A stretch of DNA of 64,000 nt from an uncultured Actinomycetes bacterium. Its GTDB lineage: Bacteria > Actinomycetota > Thermoleophilia > UBA2241. The stretch spans positions 96,001-160,000 of the forward strand of contig CAVRZA010000004.1 of NCBI GenBank assembly GCA_963725665.1, in the 5' to 3' direction. Below are positions 9,434 through 19,389 of the stretch, in pieces (the stretch's first letter is position 1; each line of letters opens with the position of its first letter). The position numbers and the translations under genes are program-made. The notes below the pieces were generated by a model. It made no database searches. It had not been told where the DNA came from and was given only the letters and a program-made list of their open reading frames with translations.

Positions 9434-9670
9434 ATGGCGGTGACCGTCTACACGACCCCGACCTGCAGTTTCTGCAAAGCGACGAAGCAGTACCTGCAGG
9501 AGAAGCGTGTCAGGTTTCGCGAGGTCGACGTGTCGCGCGACGCGACTGCTGCCGACGAGATCGCGCGTAGGACCGGCCGGCGCGCTGTGCCGGTCATCGA
9601 CGTCAACGGCAGGCTCATCGTGGGCTTCGACAAACGCCGTCTGAACGCGGCGCTCGGCATCAGGGGGTAG
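9434..9670 (+). CDS. Glutaredoxin-like protein (NrdH/YruB type)
   Basis: YTTPTCSFC, VPVI, IVGFD; AGGAG RBS. Confidence 0.9.
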   Translation: MAVTVYTTPTCSFCKATKQYLQEKRVRFREVDVSRDATAADEIARRTGRRAVPVIDVNGRLIVGFDKRRLNAALGIRG

Positions 9671-9674
9671 TGGG

Positions 9675-10034
9675 ATGTGGCCTTTCGGTCGTGGCGACCA
9701 CGCGGGAGATGGGGCCGGCCCCATCACGATCGACGTGCGCGAAGCGTTCGCGCGCGCCGGCAAGGGTGCCCGACTCGTCGACGTGCGCTCCGAGCGCGAG
9801 TTCGCCGCCGGGCACCCCAAGGGCGCGCGCAACCTGCCCCCGGCGCGCCTCGCGAGCGGCGATGGCGGGTTGGCCCTGGACGACGAGATCCTCCTCATCT
9901 GCGCCAGCGGCCATCGCAGCCTGCGCGAGGCGCGCCGCCTGGCGAAAGCGGGCTACACGAACGTGGCCAACGTGGGGGGCGGCATGATCGCCTGGCAGCG
10001 CGCCGGCCTGCCCATCAAGGCGCGGCGCCGGTAG
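9675..10034 (+). CDS. Rhodanese-like protein
   Basis: LVDVRSEREFAAGH, active loop CASGHRS, GGMIAW. Confidence 0.9.
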   Translation: MWPFGRGDHAGDGAGPITIDVREAFARAGKGARLVDVRSEREFAAGHPKGARNLPPARLASGDGGLALDDEILLICASGHRSLREARRLAKAGYTNVANVGGGMIAWQRAGLPIKARRR

Positions 10035-10131
10035 CTCGAGGCGCTGGCAGCCCGAGGCGTCGCCAGCCCGAAGCGCTGGCAGTCCGAAGCACCGGTAACC
10101 TCATTCAAGTGCGTGGGGGAAGGGAGGCTAG

Positions 10132-10614
10132 GTGGAGATACAGCCCATCGTCTTCACGCCCATCGGCGTGATCCACAGCGAGCATCGCGAGCCAGAGCAG
10201 ACGCCGATCCAGCCTGTGTGTGCTACTGGGAGTGCCGGCACCGTCGAGGTGTTCGACGAGTTCGTCGAGGGTCTCGACGATGTCGATGGGTTCTCGCACA
10301 TCTACCTGCTCTACGCGTTTCACCGCGCCCGTCCGGCGCCGCTGAAGGTGGTGCCGTACCTCGACGACGTGCCCCGCGGCGTGTTCGCGACTCGCTCGCC
10401 CGACAGGCCCAACCCCCTCGGGCTCAGCCTCGTGCGCCTAGTCGAGCGTCGAGGAGCGGCGCTTTTCGTCGAGGACCTCGATGTCCTCGACGGCACGCCG
10501 CTCCTCGACATCAAACCCTACGTCGCGAGGTTCGACGACCGTCCAGATTCACGCGGAGGCTGGACCGACTCGGTCGACGACGAGACGTTCCGCCGCCGGG
10601 GCCGGCGCGAGTAG
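10132..10614 (+). CDS. tsaA: tRNA m6t6A37 methyltransferase TrmO/TsaA family
   Basis: PIGVIHS, GFSHIYLLY, GVFATRSPDRPNPLGLS, DGTPLLDIKPY. Confidence 0.88.
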   Translation: MEIQPIVFTPIGVIHSEHREPEQTPIQPVCATGSAGTVEVFDEFVEGLDDVDGFSHIYLLYAFHRARPAPLKVVPYLDDVPRGVFATRSPDRPNPLGLSLVRLVERRGAALFVEDLDVLDGTPLLDIKPYVARFDDRPDSRGGWTDSVDDETFRRRGRRE

Positions 10615-10691
10615 AGTCGGTTCGCCGCAGGGCAAGCGAGTATCGGCGGCTGCGCGCCGTGACCGGTGATGCCTCGGGGCGGGCGACCGCT

Positions 10692-11588
10692 TCAGCCGCC
10701 GCGCTCGGGCGTCCAGACGAACGTCCCCGCGCGCAGGTCGCGCAGAGCCTGTTCTATCTCCTCGCGCGTGTTCATGACGAACGGTCCGTAGCGCGCGATC
10801 GGCTCGCCTAGAGGAGCCCCGGAGACCAGGAGGAAGCGCACCGAGCTCTCGTAGGCGCGCACGCGGACCTCGTCGCCGTCGTCGAACACGACCAGGCTCG
10901 GCGCATCCACGAGCGAGCCGTCGAGCTCGCCGCGGTAGCCGAGGTCGCAGGCGACGCCGAACTCCCCCTCACCTCGAAACACGTAGGCGAACGCGGTGTG
11001 ACCGCGAGGAACGGCCTGCGCGTAGTCTCCCCCGGCCGGCAGCGTGACGTCGATGTACTCGGGGTCGGCGTAGATCTCGCTGACCGGCCCCACGGCGTCG
11101 CCGGAGCGCCCGGCGACCACGCGCACGCGCGTGCCGTCCGGGCGCTCGTCTACGGTCATGTGCGCGTCGGGTACCTCCTGGTAGCGCGGCCGCGACATCT
11201 TCAGCTTGGCCGGCATGTTCACCCAGAGCTGGAAGCCGCCCATCTTGCCCTCGCGCGGCCGCGGCATCTCCTCGTGCATGATGCCGCCACCGGCCGTCAT
11301 CCACTGCACGTCGCCGGGTCCGATGGTGCCCGCGTTGCCGATGGTGTCCTTGTGGTCGACCTCTCCGGCGAGCATGTAGGTGACGGTCTCGATGCCACGA
11401 TGCGGGTGCATCGGGAAGCCCGCGAGGTAGTCGTCGGGGTTGTCGGACTCGAAGTGGTCGAAGAGCAGGAACGGGTCGAGGTAGTCGAGCGCCCAGCCGC
11501 CGATGCTGCGTCTGAGGTGCACGCCGGCGCCCTCCATCACGGGCTGCGGCTCGATGACTTGCGTGACCCGTCTGGCTTGCGGTTCCAT
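10692..11588 (-). CDS. Pirin family protein
   Basis: DPFLLFDHF, GFPMHPHRGIETVTY, VQWMTAGGGIMHEE, YGPFVMNT. Confidence 0.92.
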   Translation of the reverse strand: MEPQARRVTQVIEPQPVMEGAGVHLRRSIGGWALDYLDPFLLFDHFESDNPDDYLAGFPMHPHRGIETVTYMLAGEVDHKDTIGNAGTIGPGDVQWMTAGGGIMHEEMPRPREGKMGGFQLWVNMPAKLKMSRPRYQEVPDAHMTVDERPDGTRVRVVAGRSGDAVGPVSEIYADPEYIDVTLPAGGDYAQAVPRGHTAFAYVFRGEGEFGVACDLGYRGELDGSLVDAPSLVVFDDGDEVRVRAYESSVRFLLVSGAPLGEPIARYGPFVMNTREEIEQALRDLRAGTFVWTPERGG

Positions 11589-11716
11589 GGCGCCCCGTCT
11601 CCTGAGTTTCTGTCCGCTCCCGCGGTTCTTGCCGTGGGTGAGAAGTGCCCCGATCGAAGGCGGAGGAAACGACGGTCCTGGATGTCGGCGCGAGAGCGAA
11701 CGGGATCGTGGCCGGG

Positions 11717-11983
11717 CTAGCGGCCTCGCTGGCGGTCCATCTCGCGGCGGATCTCGTCCTCGCTGATCGGTCGGCGTCCGTACACGTCCCAGGCGTTGAG
11801 GGCGAGCCCGATGCCCCAGCCGCCGAGCACCCATGCCGGCCAGAAGTAGCTGTGTCCCGTGAAGTACCAGATGAGGATGAGCATGGCGTTCACGACCACG
11901 TACGACACCACGTGACGCCCGAACTCATGCTGCTTCTTGAGCTGGTGTATGGCAGCCTCGCGCAGTTCCTCTTCAGTCGCCAC
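11717..11983 (-). CDS. 2TM-domain membrane protein
   Basis: HVVSYVVVNAMLILIW...YFWPAWVLGGWGIGL...I.REM pattern. Confidence 0.8.
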   Translation of the reverse strand: MATEEELREAAIHQLKKQHEFGRHVVSYVVVNAMLILIWYFTGHSYFWPAWVLGGWGIGLALNAWDVYGRRPISEDEIRREMDRQRGR

Positions 11984-12060
11984 TGTCTCCTCCTTGCTCC
12001 GGGCCCTTGAGGAACAGTATCACCCGAAGAGGGAAAGGATCGGCATCCGCTCCGGGTCAG

Positions 12061-12090
12061 TTGCCAGGCGAATCGTTAGTATGCTAACGT
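12061..12090 (+). promoter_or_regulatory. Promoter with palindromic operator upstream of marR (possibly leaderless)
   Basis: TTGCCA 12061, TAACGT 12085, palindrome CGTTAG-TATG-CTAACG at 12074-12089. Confidence 0.55.
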
Positions 12091-12097
12091 TTCTTGC

Positions 12098-12721
12098 GTG
12101 CGCCATGAGCGAGCCTTGACGACACCAGCCGAGTCGCGGACCGAGACAGTGGCCGCCGAGCCGCGGGACCCCCAGGTCCCAGGCACCGGTGCACGGATGT
12201 TCGGGGCTCCCCACATGGAGCTCGAGGGCGTTGAAGAGCTCTCGGCCGACGTCTTTCGCGCCTTCATCAACACGCTGCGTCTGCACCGGCAGCTCATGAG
12301 GCGGACTCTGGGCGGACACGGCACGCACCCGGGCCAGGGTATCTGCCTGCACCTCATCGCCGCGCACGGCCACAGCACGCAACGGGATCTCGCCGAGGCC
12401 CTGCACTTGTCGCGGCCGACGGTGAGCAAGATGGTGCAAGCCATGGAGAGGTCGGGCCTCGTCGAGCGGCGGCCCGACGAGAGCGACCAGCGGCTCACGC
12501 GCGTGGAGCTGACGGCCGCTGGTCGCTCTCTCGAGGAGGAGCTGCGCGGCGTCACGGCGCGTCTCGTCAACGAGACCGTCGGCGCTCTGCCCGAGGACGA
12601 TCGCCGCGAGCTCGCGCGGCTTCTCGGCGAGCTCGCGGCGAGCATGCGGCAGGCGATCGGTGCGCGCGCGGGCGTCTCGCCCGCGCGCGCACCCGACGGA
12701 CAAGAGGTCCGCGCGCCTTGA
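12098..12721 (+). CDS. MarR-family regulator
   Basis: TQRDLAEALHLSRPTVSKMVQAMERSGLVERRPDESDQR; start uncertain. Confidence 0.88.
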   Translation: MRHERALTTPAESRTETVAAEPRDPQVPGTGARMFGAPHMELEGVEELSADVFRAFINTLRLHRQLMRRTLGGHGTHPGQGICLHLIAAHGHSTQRDLAEALHLSRPTVSKMVQAMERSGLVERRPDESDQRLTRVELTAAGRSLEEELRGVTARLVNETVGALPEDDRRELARLLGELAASMRQAIGARAGVSPARAPDGQEVRAP

Positions 12722-14449
12722 CCGCGCTGCTCAGGGAGCGCTTGACACCGTATTGGCGTCAGATCGTGCTCGTGCTCGTCCTGCTGCTCGTCCAGGCGAT
12801 CACGAACCTCTACCTGCCCACCCTCAACGCCGACCTCATCAACAACGGCGTCGTCAAGGGCGACACGCACTACATCATGGTCACCGGCGTCGTCATGCTG
12901 GTGGTCACCCTGCTGCTCGGCTATCGCCACCATCATCGCCGTCTACTGGGGCGCGAAGACGGCGATGGCCTTCGGGCGCGACGTACGCGGCGCTCTGTTC
13001 CGCAAGGTCGAGAGCTTCTCGCTGGCCGAGCTCAACCACTTCGGCACGCCGTCGCTGATCACGCGCACCACCAACGACGTGCAGCAGGTGCAGATGGTGG
13101 TCTTGCTGATGCTCAACGTGGTGGTCTCGGCGCCGATCATGTGCGTCGGCGGCATCATCATGGCGCTGCGTCTCAACGTGCCGCTTTCGAGCGTCATCGT
13201 CGTCGCCATCCCGATCATGGCGGTCTTCATCGCTCTCGTCGTGCGTAGGGCGCTGCCGCTCTACAGGGCCATGCAGGTGAAGATCGACCGTGTGAACCAG
13301 GTGACGCGCGAGGCGTTGAGCGGCATGCGCGTCATCCGCGCCTTCGACCGCATGGACTACGAGGAGCGGCGCTTCGCCGAGGCCAACGATGACCTGACGG
13401 GGACGGCGCTCAGAGTCACGCGCCTCTTCGCCGTGATGCTCCCGACCCTCACGGCGATCCTGCAGCTCTCGACCGTGGCCATCATGTGGTTCGGCAGCAT
13501 CCAGGTCGCCGAACACGGCATGCCGATCGGCGACCTCACGGCCTTCCTCACCTACATCATCCAGATCCTGCTGTCGGTGCTCATGGCGACCATCATGTTC
13601 GTCATGGTCCCGCGCGCGGCCGCCTCGGCCGCGCGCATCCAGGAGGTCCTCGAGACGGAACCGTCGGTGACCGACCCGCAGACTTCCGTGACCGGCGTCC
13701 CCGCGCAGGGGCTCGTCGAGTTCGACGACGTCGAGTTTCGCTACCCGGGCGCCGAGGAGCCGGTGCTCAGCGGCATCTCCTTCTCTTCGGGCCCGGGTGA
13801 GGTCACCGCCATCGTGGGCAGCACGGGCAGCGGCAAGTCGACCTTGGTCAATCTCATTCCGCGCTTCTACGACGTCACGGGGGGGAGCGTGCGCGTGGAC
13901 GGGGTCGATGTGCGCGAGATGGAGCTGCAGGACCTGTGGCGCCGGGTCGGTCTCGTCCCGCAGAAGTCGTTCCTGTTCAGCGGCACGGTGGCGAGCAACC
14001 TGCGGGACGGCAACGAGCAGGCCGGCGACGAGGAGATCTGGCGCCTGCTCGAGATCGCTCAGGGCAGTGAGTTCGTGCGCGAGATGCCCGAGGAGATCGA
14101 AGCGCCGATCGCCCAGGGCGGCGCCAACGTCTCGGGAGGGCAGCGCCAGCGCCTGGCCATCGCCCGTGCCCTCGCCAAGCGCGCCCAGATCTACATCTTC
14201 GACGACAGCTTCTCGGCGCTCGATTTCAAGACCGACGCGCTGCTGCGCGCGGCCCTCAAACGTGAGACGGCCGATGCGACGGTGCTGATCGTCGCGCAGC
14301 GGGTGGGCACGATCATGCACGCCGACCGCATCGTCGTGCTCGAGGACGGCACCATCGCCGGCACGGGCACGCACGAGGAGCTCATGGAGACCAGCGACAC
14401 CTACCGCGAGATCGTCGCCTCGCAGCTCGGCGCGGAGGACGTGGCGTGA
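12718..14449 (+). CDS. Heterodimeric multidrug ABC exporter subunit A (frameshift near 12923)
   Basis: LYLPTLNADLINNGV N-terminus, SLITRTTNDVQQVQ, GSTGSGKS, SGGQRQR, degenerate Walker B FDDSFSALD. Confidence 0.88.
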
Positions 14450-16504
14450 GCGGGCAGCCACAAGGCGGCGCGCGCACGCCCCGGCGGCGGTCAAGGCGCT
14501 ACGCCCGGACCAGCCGGCATGCCCGGGGCGGGTGGCGACGGCGGACGACCGGTCGTCCGTCCGCGAGGGCCGATGGGCCCCGGCCCAGGCGGCCCCGGCG
14601 CCCACATGCTGATCATGCCGGCGGCCAAGTCGAAGGACTTCCGCGGCACGATGAAGCGGCTCGTGAGCATGCTGCGGCCCGAGCGCGCCCGCATCGTGCT
14701 GGTGGTGCTTCTGGCCGTGGTCAGCGTGACGTTCGCCATCCTCGGTCCGAGGCTCCTGGGCGCGGCGACCAACATCCTCTTCGACGGCGTGGTGAGCAAG
14801 AGACTGCCCGCCGGCGTCACGCAGCAGCAGGCCGTCGCCGCGCTGAGGGCCAGGGGCGAAGGCACACTGGCCGACATGCTCTCGAGCATGCACCTGCATC
14901 CCGGCCAGGGTGTCGACTTCGCGGCTCTCGAGCGCACGCTGCTGCTGCTCGTCGGCGTCTATCTGGCGAGCGCTCTCTTCGGCTGGCTGCAGCAGTTCAT
15001 CATGGCAGGCGTAGCTCAGCGCACGGTCTACCGCCTGCGGCAGGCGGCGGACGAGAAGCTCGCCCGCCTGCCGCTCAAGTACTTCGACGACCACCCGCGC
15101 GGGGACGTGCTGAGCCGAGTGACCAACGACGTCGACAACATCTCGCAGTCGTTGCAGCAGACCATGACCCAGCTCATCACCGCCGTTCTGACGATCGTCG
15201 GCGTGCTCATCATGATGGTCTCGATCAGCGTCCTTCTGGCGGCCATCTGCGTGCTGTTCGTGCCGCTCTCCTTCGTGCTCACGATGCTCATCGCGAAGCG
15301 CTCGCAGAAGCAGTTCGCGGCGCAGTGGGAGCGCACCGGCGACCTCAACGGACACGTCGAGGAGATGTTCACGGGCCACAACGTCGTGAAGGTCTTCGGC
15401 CGCCAGGAGAAGGCGATCGCCCACTTCGACGACCAGAACGAGCAGCTCTATCAGGCGAGCTTCAAGGCGCAGTTCATCTCGGGGATGATCCAGCCGGTGC
15501 TCAACTTCGTCGGCAACCTCAACTACGTCGCCATCGCGGTTGTGGGCGGCCTCGGTGTGGCCAACGGTAGCCTCTCGCTCGGTGAGGTGCAGGCCTTCAT
15601 CCAGTACTCGCGTCAGTTCACCATGCCCATCACACAGACGGCCAGCATCATGAACGTGCTGCAGTCGACGGCGGCGTCGGCCGAGCGCGTCTTCGAGCTG
15701 CTCGACGAGCCCGAAGAGGCGGCCGACGCCGCCGAACCCGTCGCCCTCGCGCGCACGCGCGGCCACATCGCCTTCGAGGGCGTGTCGTTCCGCTACGCTC
15801 CCGACACGCCCCTCATCGACGATCTCGACCTCGACGTGCGCGCGGGCCAGACCGTCGCCATCGTAGGACCGACCGGGGCCGGCAAGACCACTCTGGTGAA
15901 CCTTCTGTTGCGCTTCTACGAGATCGACGGCGGGCGCATCACGATCGACGGCGTCGACACGCGTGCGATGACGCGCAGCGACCTGCGCCGGCTGTTCGGC
16001 ATGGTGCTGCAGGATGCCTGGCTGTTCACCGGCACGATCCACGACAACATCGCCTACGGGCGCGAGGGCGCGAACGACGAGGAGATCAGGGCCGCGTCAC
16101 GCGCCGCGCGCGTGGACCACTTCGTGCGCACGCTGCCCGAAGGCTACGCCACGGTCCTCGACGACGACGCGACGTCGGTCTCGGCGGGTGAGAAGCAGCT
16201 CCTCACCATCGCCAGAGCGTTTCTGGCCGACCCGCAGGTCCTCATCCTCGACGAAGCGACGAGCTCGGTCGACACGCGCACCGAGGTGCTCATCCAGGAG
16301 GCGATGGCCGAGCTCATGAAGGGCCGCACGAGCTTCGTCATCGCGCACCGCCTCTCGACCATCCGCGGCGCCGACATCATCCTCGTCATGGACCACGGGC
16401 GCATCATCGAGAAAGGCACGCACCAGGAGCTGCTCGACCTTCGCGGCTTCTACCACGACCTCTACGCAAGTCAGTTCGTCGAGGCGCTCGAGGAAGCCTC
16501 GTAG
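14446..16504 (+). CDS. Heterodimeric multidrug ABC exporter subunit B (probable frameshift near 14480; in-frame ATG 14519)
   Basis: GDVLSRVTNDVDN, GPTGAGKT, LILDEATSSVD, IAHRLSTI. Confidence 0.9.
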
Positions 16505-16531
16505 ACGGCACGGAGTGAGCGGCGTCGAGGG

Positions 16532-17734
16532 CTAGCCTTGCACGCTCAGCGTCGCCATCTCGGCGCTCGCCTGACTGGCGACGCCGCGCGGCGAGATGAC
16601 GATCAGCGCGATATCGTCGGCCGCAGGTCCGCCGTTCGCGGCTCTGATGTCGTGGAGGAGCCGGTCTACGCTTTCGTCCGTCAGACCGAGGGGCCCCAGT
16701 CGGGACAGCTCATCGATGAGACGATCCTCCCCGTAGCGGGCAGAGCTGACCGGCGCCGCGCGGCCCTCGATGAGGCCGTCGGTGTAGGCGAACAGGGTCC
16801 AAGGGTCGGCTAGCGGCACGTCGGTGAACACCGGCTTGATGTGAGCGGCGACACCGAGGGGGAGTGTCGGGTGCGTCTCGAGCAGCCGGCTACCGTGCTC
16901 GTTGATCAGCAGAATCGGGGGGTGCCCGACGGACATGTAGGTGAGTCGATGCTCGCGCATATCTAGCCAAGCCAGGCAGACCGTGACGAAGGCGCCAGCG
17001 GGGGGTTCATCCCAGAAGACGGTCCTGTTGAGGGTGGCCAGAACGGTGGGAGGGTCGCTTCCCGCGAGTATCAGTCCCCTCCATGTTGAGCGCAGGGTCG
17101 TTCCGAGGGCCGCGGCCACAGGCCCGTGACCGGCGACGTCGCCGAGGATCATTGCCAGGCTGTGGCTCTCGACGGCGACGATGTCGAGGAAGTCGCCGCC
17201 GAGGTTGAGACGCCGCTCGCTGGGGACGTAGCGGGTGAGCACCCTCAAGCGAGGGTGAGTGAAGGGGAGGCGAGGGAGGAGGCCCGCCTCGAGCGTCTCG
17301 TAGAGAGCCGCCGTCTCCTCTTGCAGTTCGCGGCGCTCGGCGCTGGTGCGCATGGCGTCGGCGACGCGGCCGGCGACGAGAGCGGCTGCCGCCCAGATCA
17401 CAACGCCGCCGAGCGTTCCGATCGGGGTGCCGACATCGCCCAGGTCGGCGACGAACGCGAAGAACAGCGCGCCTGCCGTCACCGACACGAGCACCCCGAC
17501 GAGCGGTCCGGTCAGCACCGCCGCCACTACTACGATGAGGGCGACCCCCGAGCCGGGGATGCCGAGCAGGGTCTGGGACGAGTTGAGGATGCCGATCGGT
17601 GCCAGGAACACCGCGAGCGCCACGACGGAGACGAGGTAGACGAGGAGCCCGGAATGGCGGCGCCGCAGCGACAGCCAGCCATGTCGGCGCAGGACCGTCG
17701 TGCTACGTTCGGGGGGGCCCGATGCGTCCATCAC
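16532..17734 (-). CDS. Membrane-anchored PP2C/SpoIIE-type Ser/Thr phosphatase
   Basis: 4 N-terminal TM segments; GGDFLD, GDVAGHG, YTDGLIE, DDIALIV. Confidence 0.88.
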   Translation of the reverse strand: MMDASGPPERSTTVLRRHGWLSLRRRHSGLLVYLVSVVALAVFLAPIGILNSSQTLLGIPGSGVALIVVVAAVLTGPLVGVLVSVTAGALFFAFVADLGDVGTPIGTLGGVVIWAAAALVAGRVADAMRTSAERRELQEETAALYETLEAGLLPRLPFTHPRLRVLTRYVPSERRLNLGGDFLDIVAVESHSLAMILGDVAGHGPVAAALGTTLRSTWRGLILAGSDPPTVLATLNRTVFWDEPPAGAFVTVCLAWLDMREHRLTYMSVGHPPILLINEHGSRLLETHPTLPLGVAAHIKPVFTDVPLADPWTLFAYTDGLIEGRAAPVSSARYGEDRLIDELSRLGPLGLTDESVDRLLHDIRAANGGPAADDIALIVISPRGVASQASAEMATLSVQG

Positions 17735-17969
17735 ACCTATTGAGGGAGCGTGTCATCACAAGTCGGACCTCTCCGTGGGTCGGGGGACTCTAAAAGGAGT
17801 CTTGCGCGGATTATACGCGGCGAGCGCCGCCGTCCGCCCCCGGGGGGAGGGGCTCCCTCGAGTGCAGCGTCGACTACGTCGGCTCGCGGGACGGTGGGTT
17901 GTGCCTCTTCCCAGAGTCCGCTGTCGAGCTACGCCTCAACACCGAGGCGCTCGACGGCGACCTCACCGA

Positions 17970-19389
17970 CTACTCCGCACAGCCGTACGACTGACTGTCA
18001 GCTACAAGTGCCGGCGCCCCGCCGAGGGACACCCGCCTGAGCATCCTGAGGTAGGCGCGGTTGGCCCTCTCCCTAGGCCACCGGCGCAGGAACCACCAGT
18101 ACCAGCTGTACAGGGCCATCGGGCCGAAACGGCGGGCAGCCAGGTACTTGAGCCACTGGCCCGGCGAGTAGAAGCGCGAGTAGGCGCGCAGCACCTCCCT
18201 CTGGAGCTCGTCGGCGGTCATCAGCGCCGGCGTGAAGACCACGTGCAGGGCGTCGTAGAGATCCCAGTGCCTGTCGAAGATGCGACCCGCCGTGTCAAGG
18301 TCGGTGAACTGCCGCGTGCCCGGGAGCGGGGTGAGGATGTTGAGCATCAGCGTGTCTACGTCGTGCTCCCGGGCGAACCTCACCGTGTCGCGTACGGTCT
18401 CGGCCGAGTCGGTGTCGGCGCCCAGCACGAACATGCCGTGGCTCTTGATGCCGTACTCGTGCAGCGTGTCGATGGCGCGCGCGATGTCGTCGAGGCTCTG
18501 CGACTTCTCGAAGCCATCCAACGTCGTCTGGCTGACCGATTCGAAGCCTATCGCGAGCAGGTCGCAGCCGGAACGTCGCATCAGGTCGAGCAGCTCGTGG
18601 GTCCTTCGCGACGTCGGCGCGTACCTGGGCCGACCAGGGGATCGCTCGGCCGCTGGCGATCATTGCACGCAGCAACGTCTTGAGCCGCCGCCTGTCGGCG
18701 GCGAAGTTGTCGTCGTAGAAGAAGATGCGCTGCGGGAGCTTCTCCTCGAGCTCGGCCATCACGTGCTCCACACTGCGGTAGCGGTACGTGCGGCCGAACA
18801 TGGCGGTGACCGAGCAGAAGTTGCAGACGAAGGGGCAGCCCCAGCTCGTCATGATCGGGGTTGCTCGCAACTCCTTGCAGCCGGCGATCAGCGAGAGGTC
18901 GGGTACGGGAAGAGCGTCGAGATCTTTGCAGCGGTCGCGCGGCCGGTTGTGAATGGCTACGCCACCCCGCGTGAACGAAAGACCTGGGATGTCCTCGAGC
19001 TCTCGCCGGCCTGCGAGCGCGTCGATGAGCTCGAGCATCAAGGCCTCGCCGCCTTCGCCGCGCGCCACGTAGTCGACGTGTTCGAGTGCCTCATCGGCCA
19101 TGAAGGTCACGTGGGAGCCGCCGATCACCGTGGGGATGCCGCGTTGGCGAAGCCGGTCGGCCATCTCGTAGGCGGCCGGCGCCGTCGACGTGGTGCTCGA
19201 GATGCCCACCAGGTCCGCAGCGAGCACGTCGTCCCAGTCGACAGGGTGGAGCTGAGGGCAGTAGATGACCACGTCGTGGCCGGCCGCCTTCAATGCCGCG
19301 CCGATCATGGGCAGGCCGAGACGCGGGAAGAAGGTGTAGGACCACATGTGGATGTGGGCAGGGGCTGGTTCTATGAGGCGGATCTTCAT
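17970..19389 (-). CDS. B12-binding domain radical SAM protein (frameshift near 18600)
   Basis: N-terminal cobalamin domain (VGISSTT, VIGGSHVT), GCPFVCNFC, FFYDDNF, then IGFES, HGMFVLG and ILTPLPGT in the second frame. Confidence 0.85.

Noticed and set aside
12905-16042. Very long antisense or alternate-frame ORFs (1045 aa here; others at 3694-5343, 35765-37333, 52279-54045, 58405-60483)
   Set aside because: They are shadow ORFs of high-GC codon bias opposite genes with clear family motifs.
18581-18620. Programmed ribosomal frameshift in the radical SAM gene
   Set aside because: No slippery heptamer; it is one of many similar single-base indels across the window.
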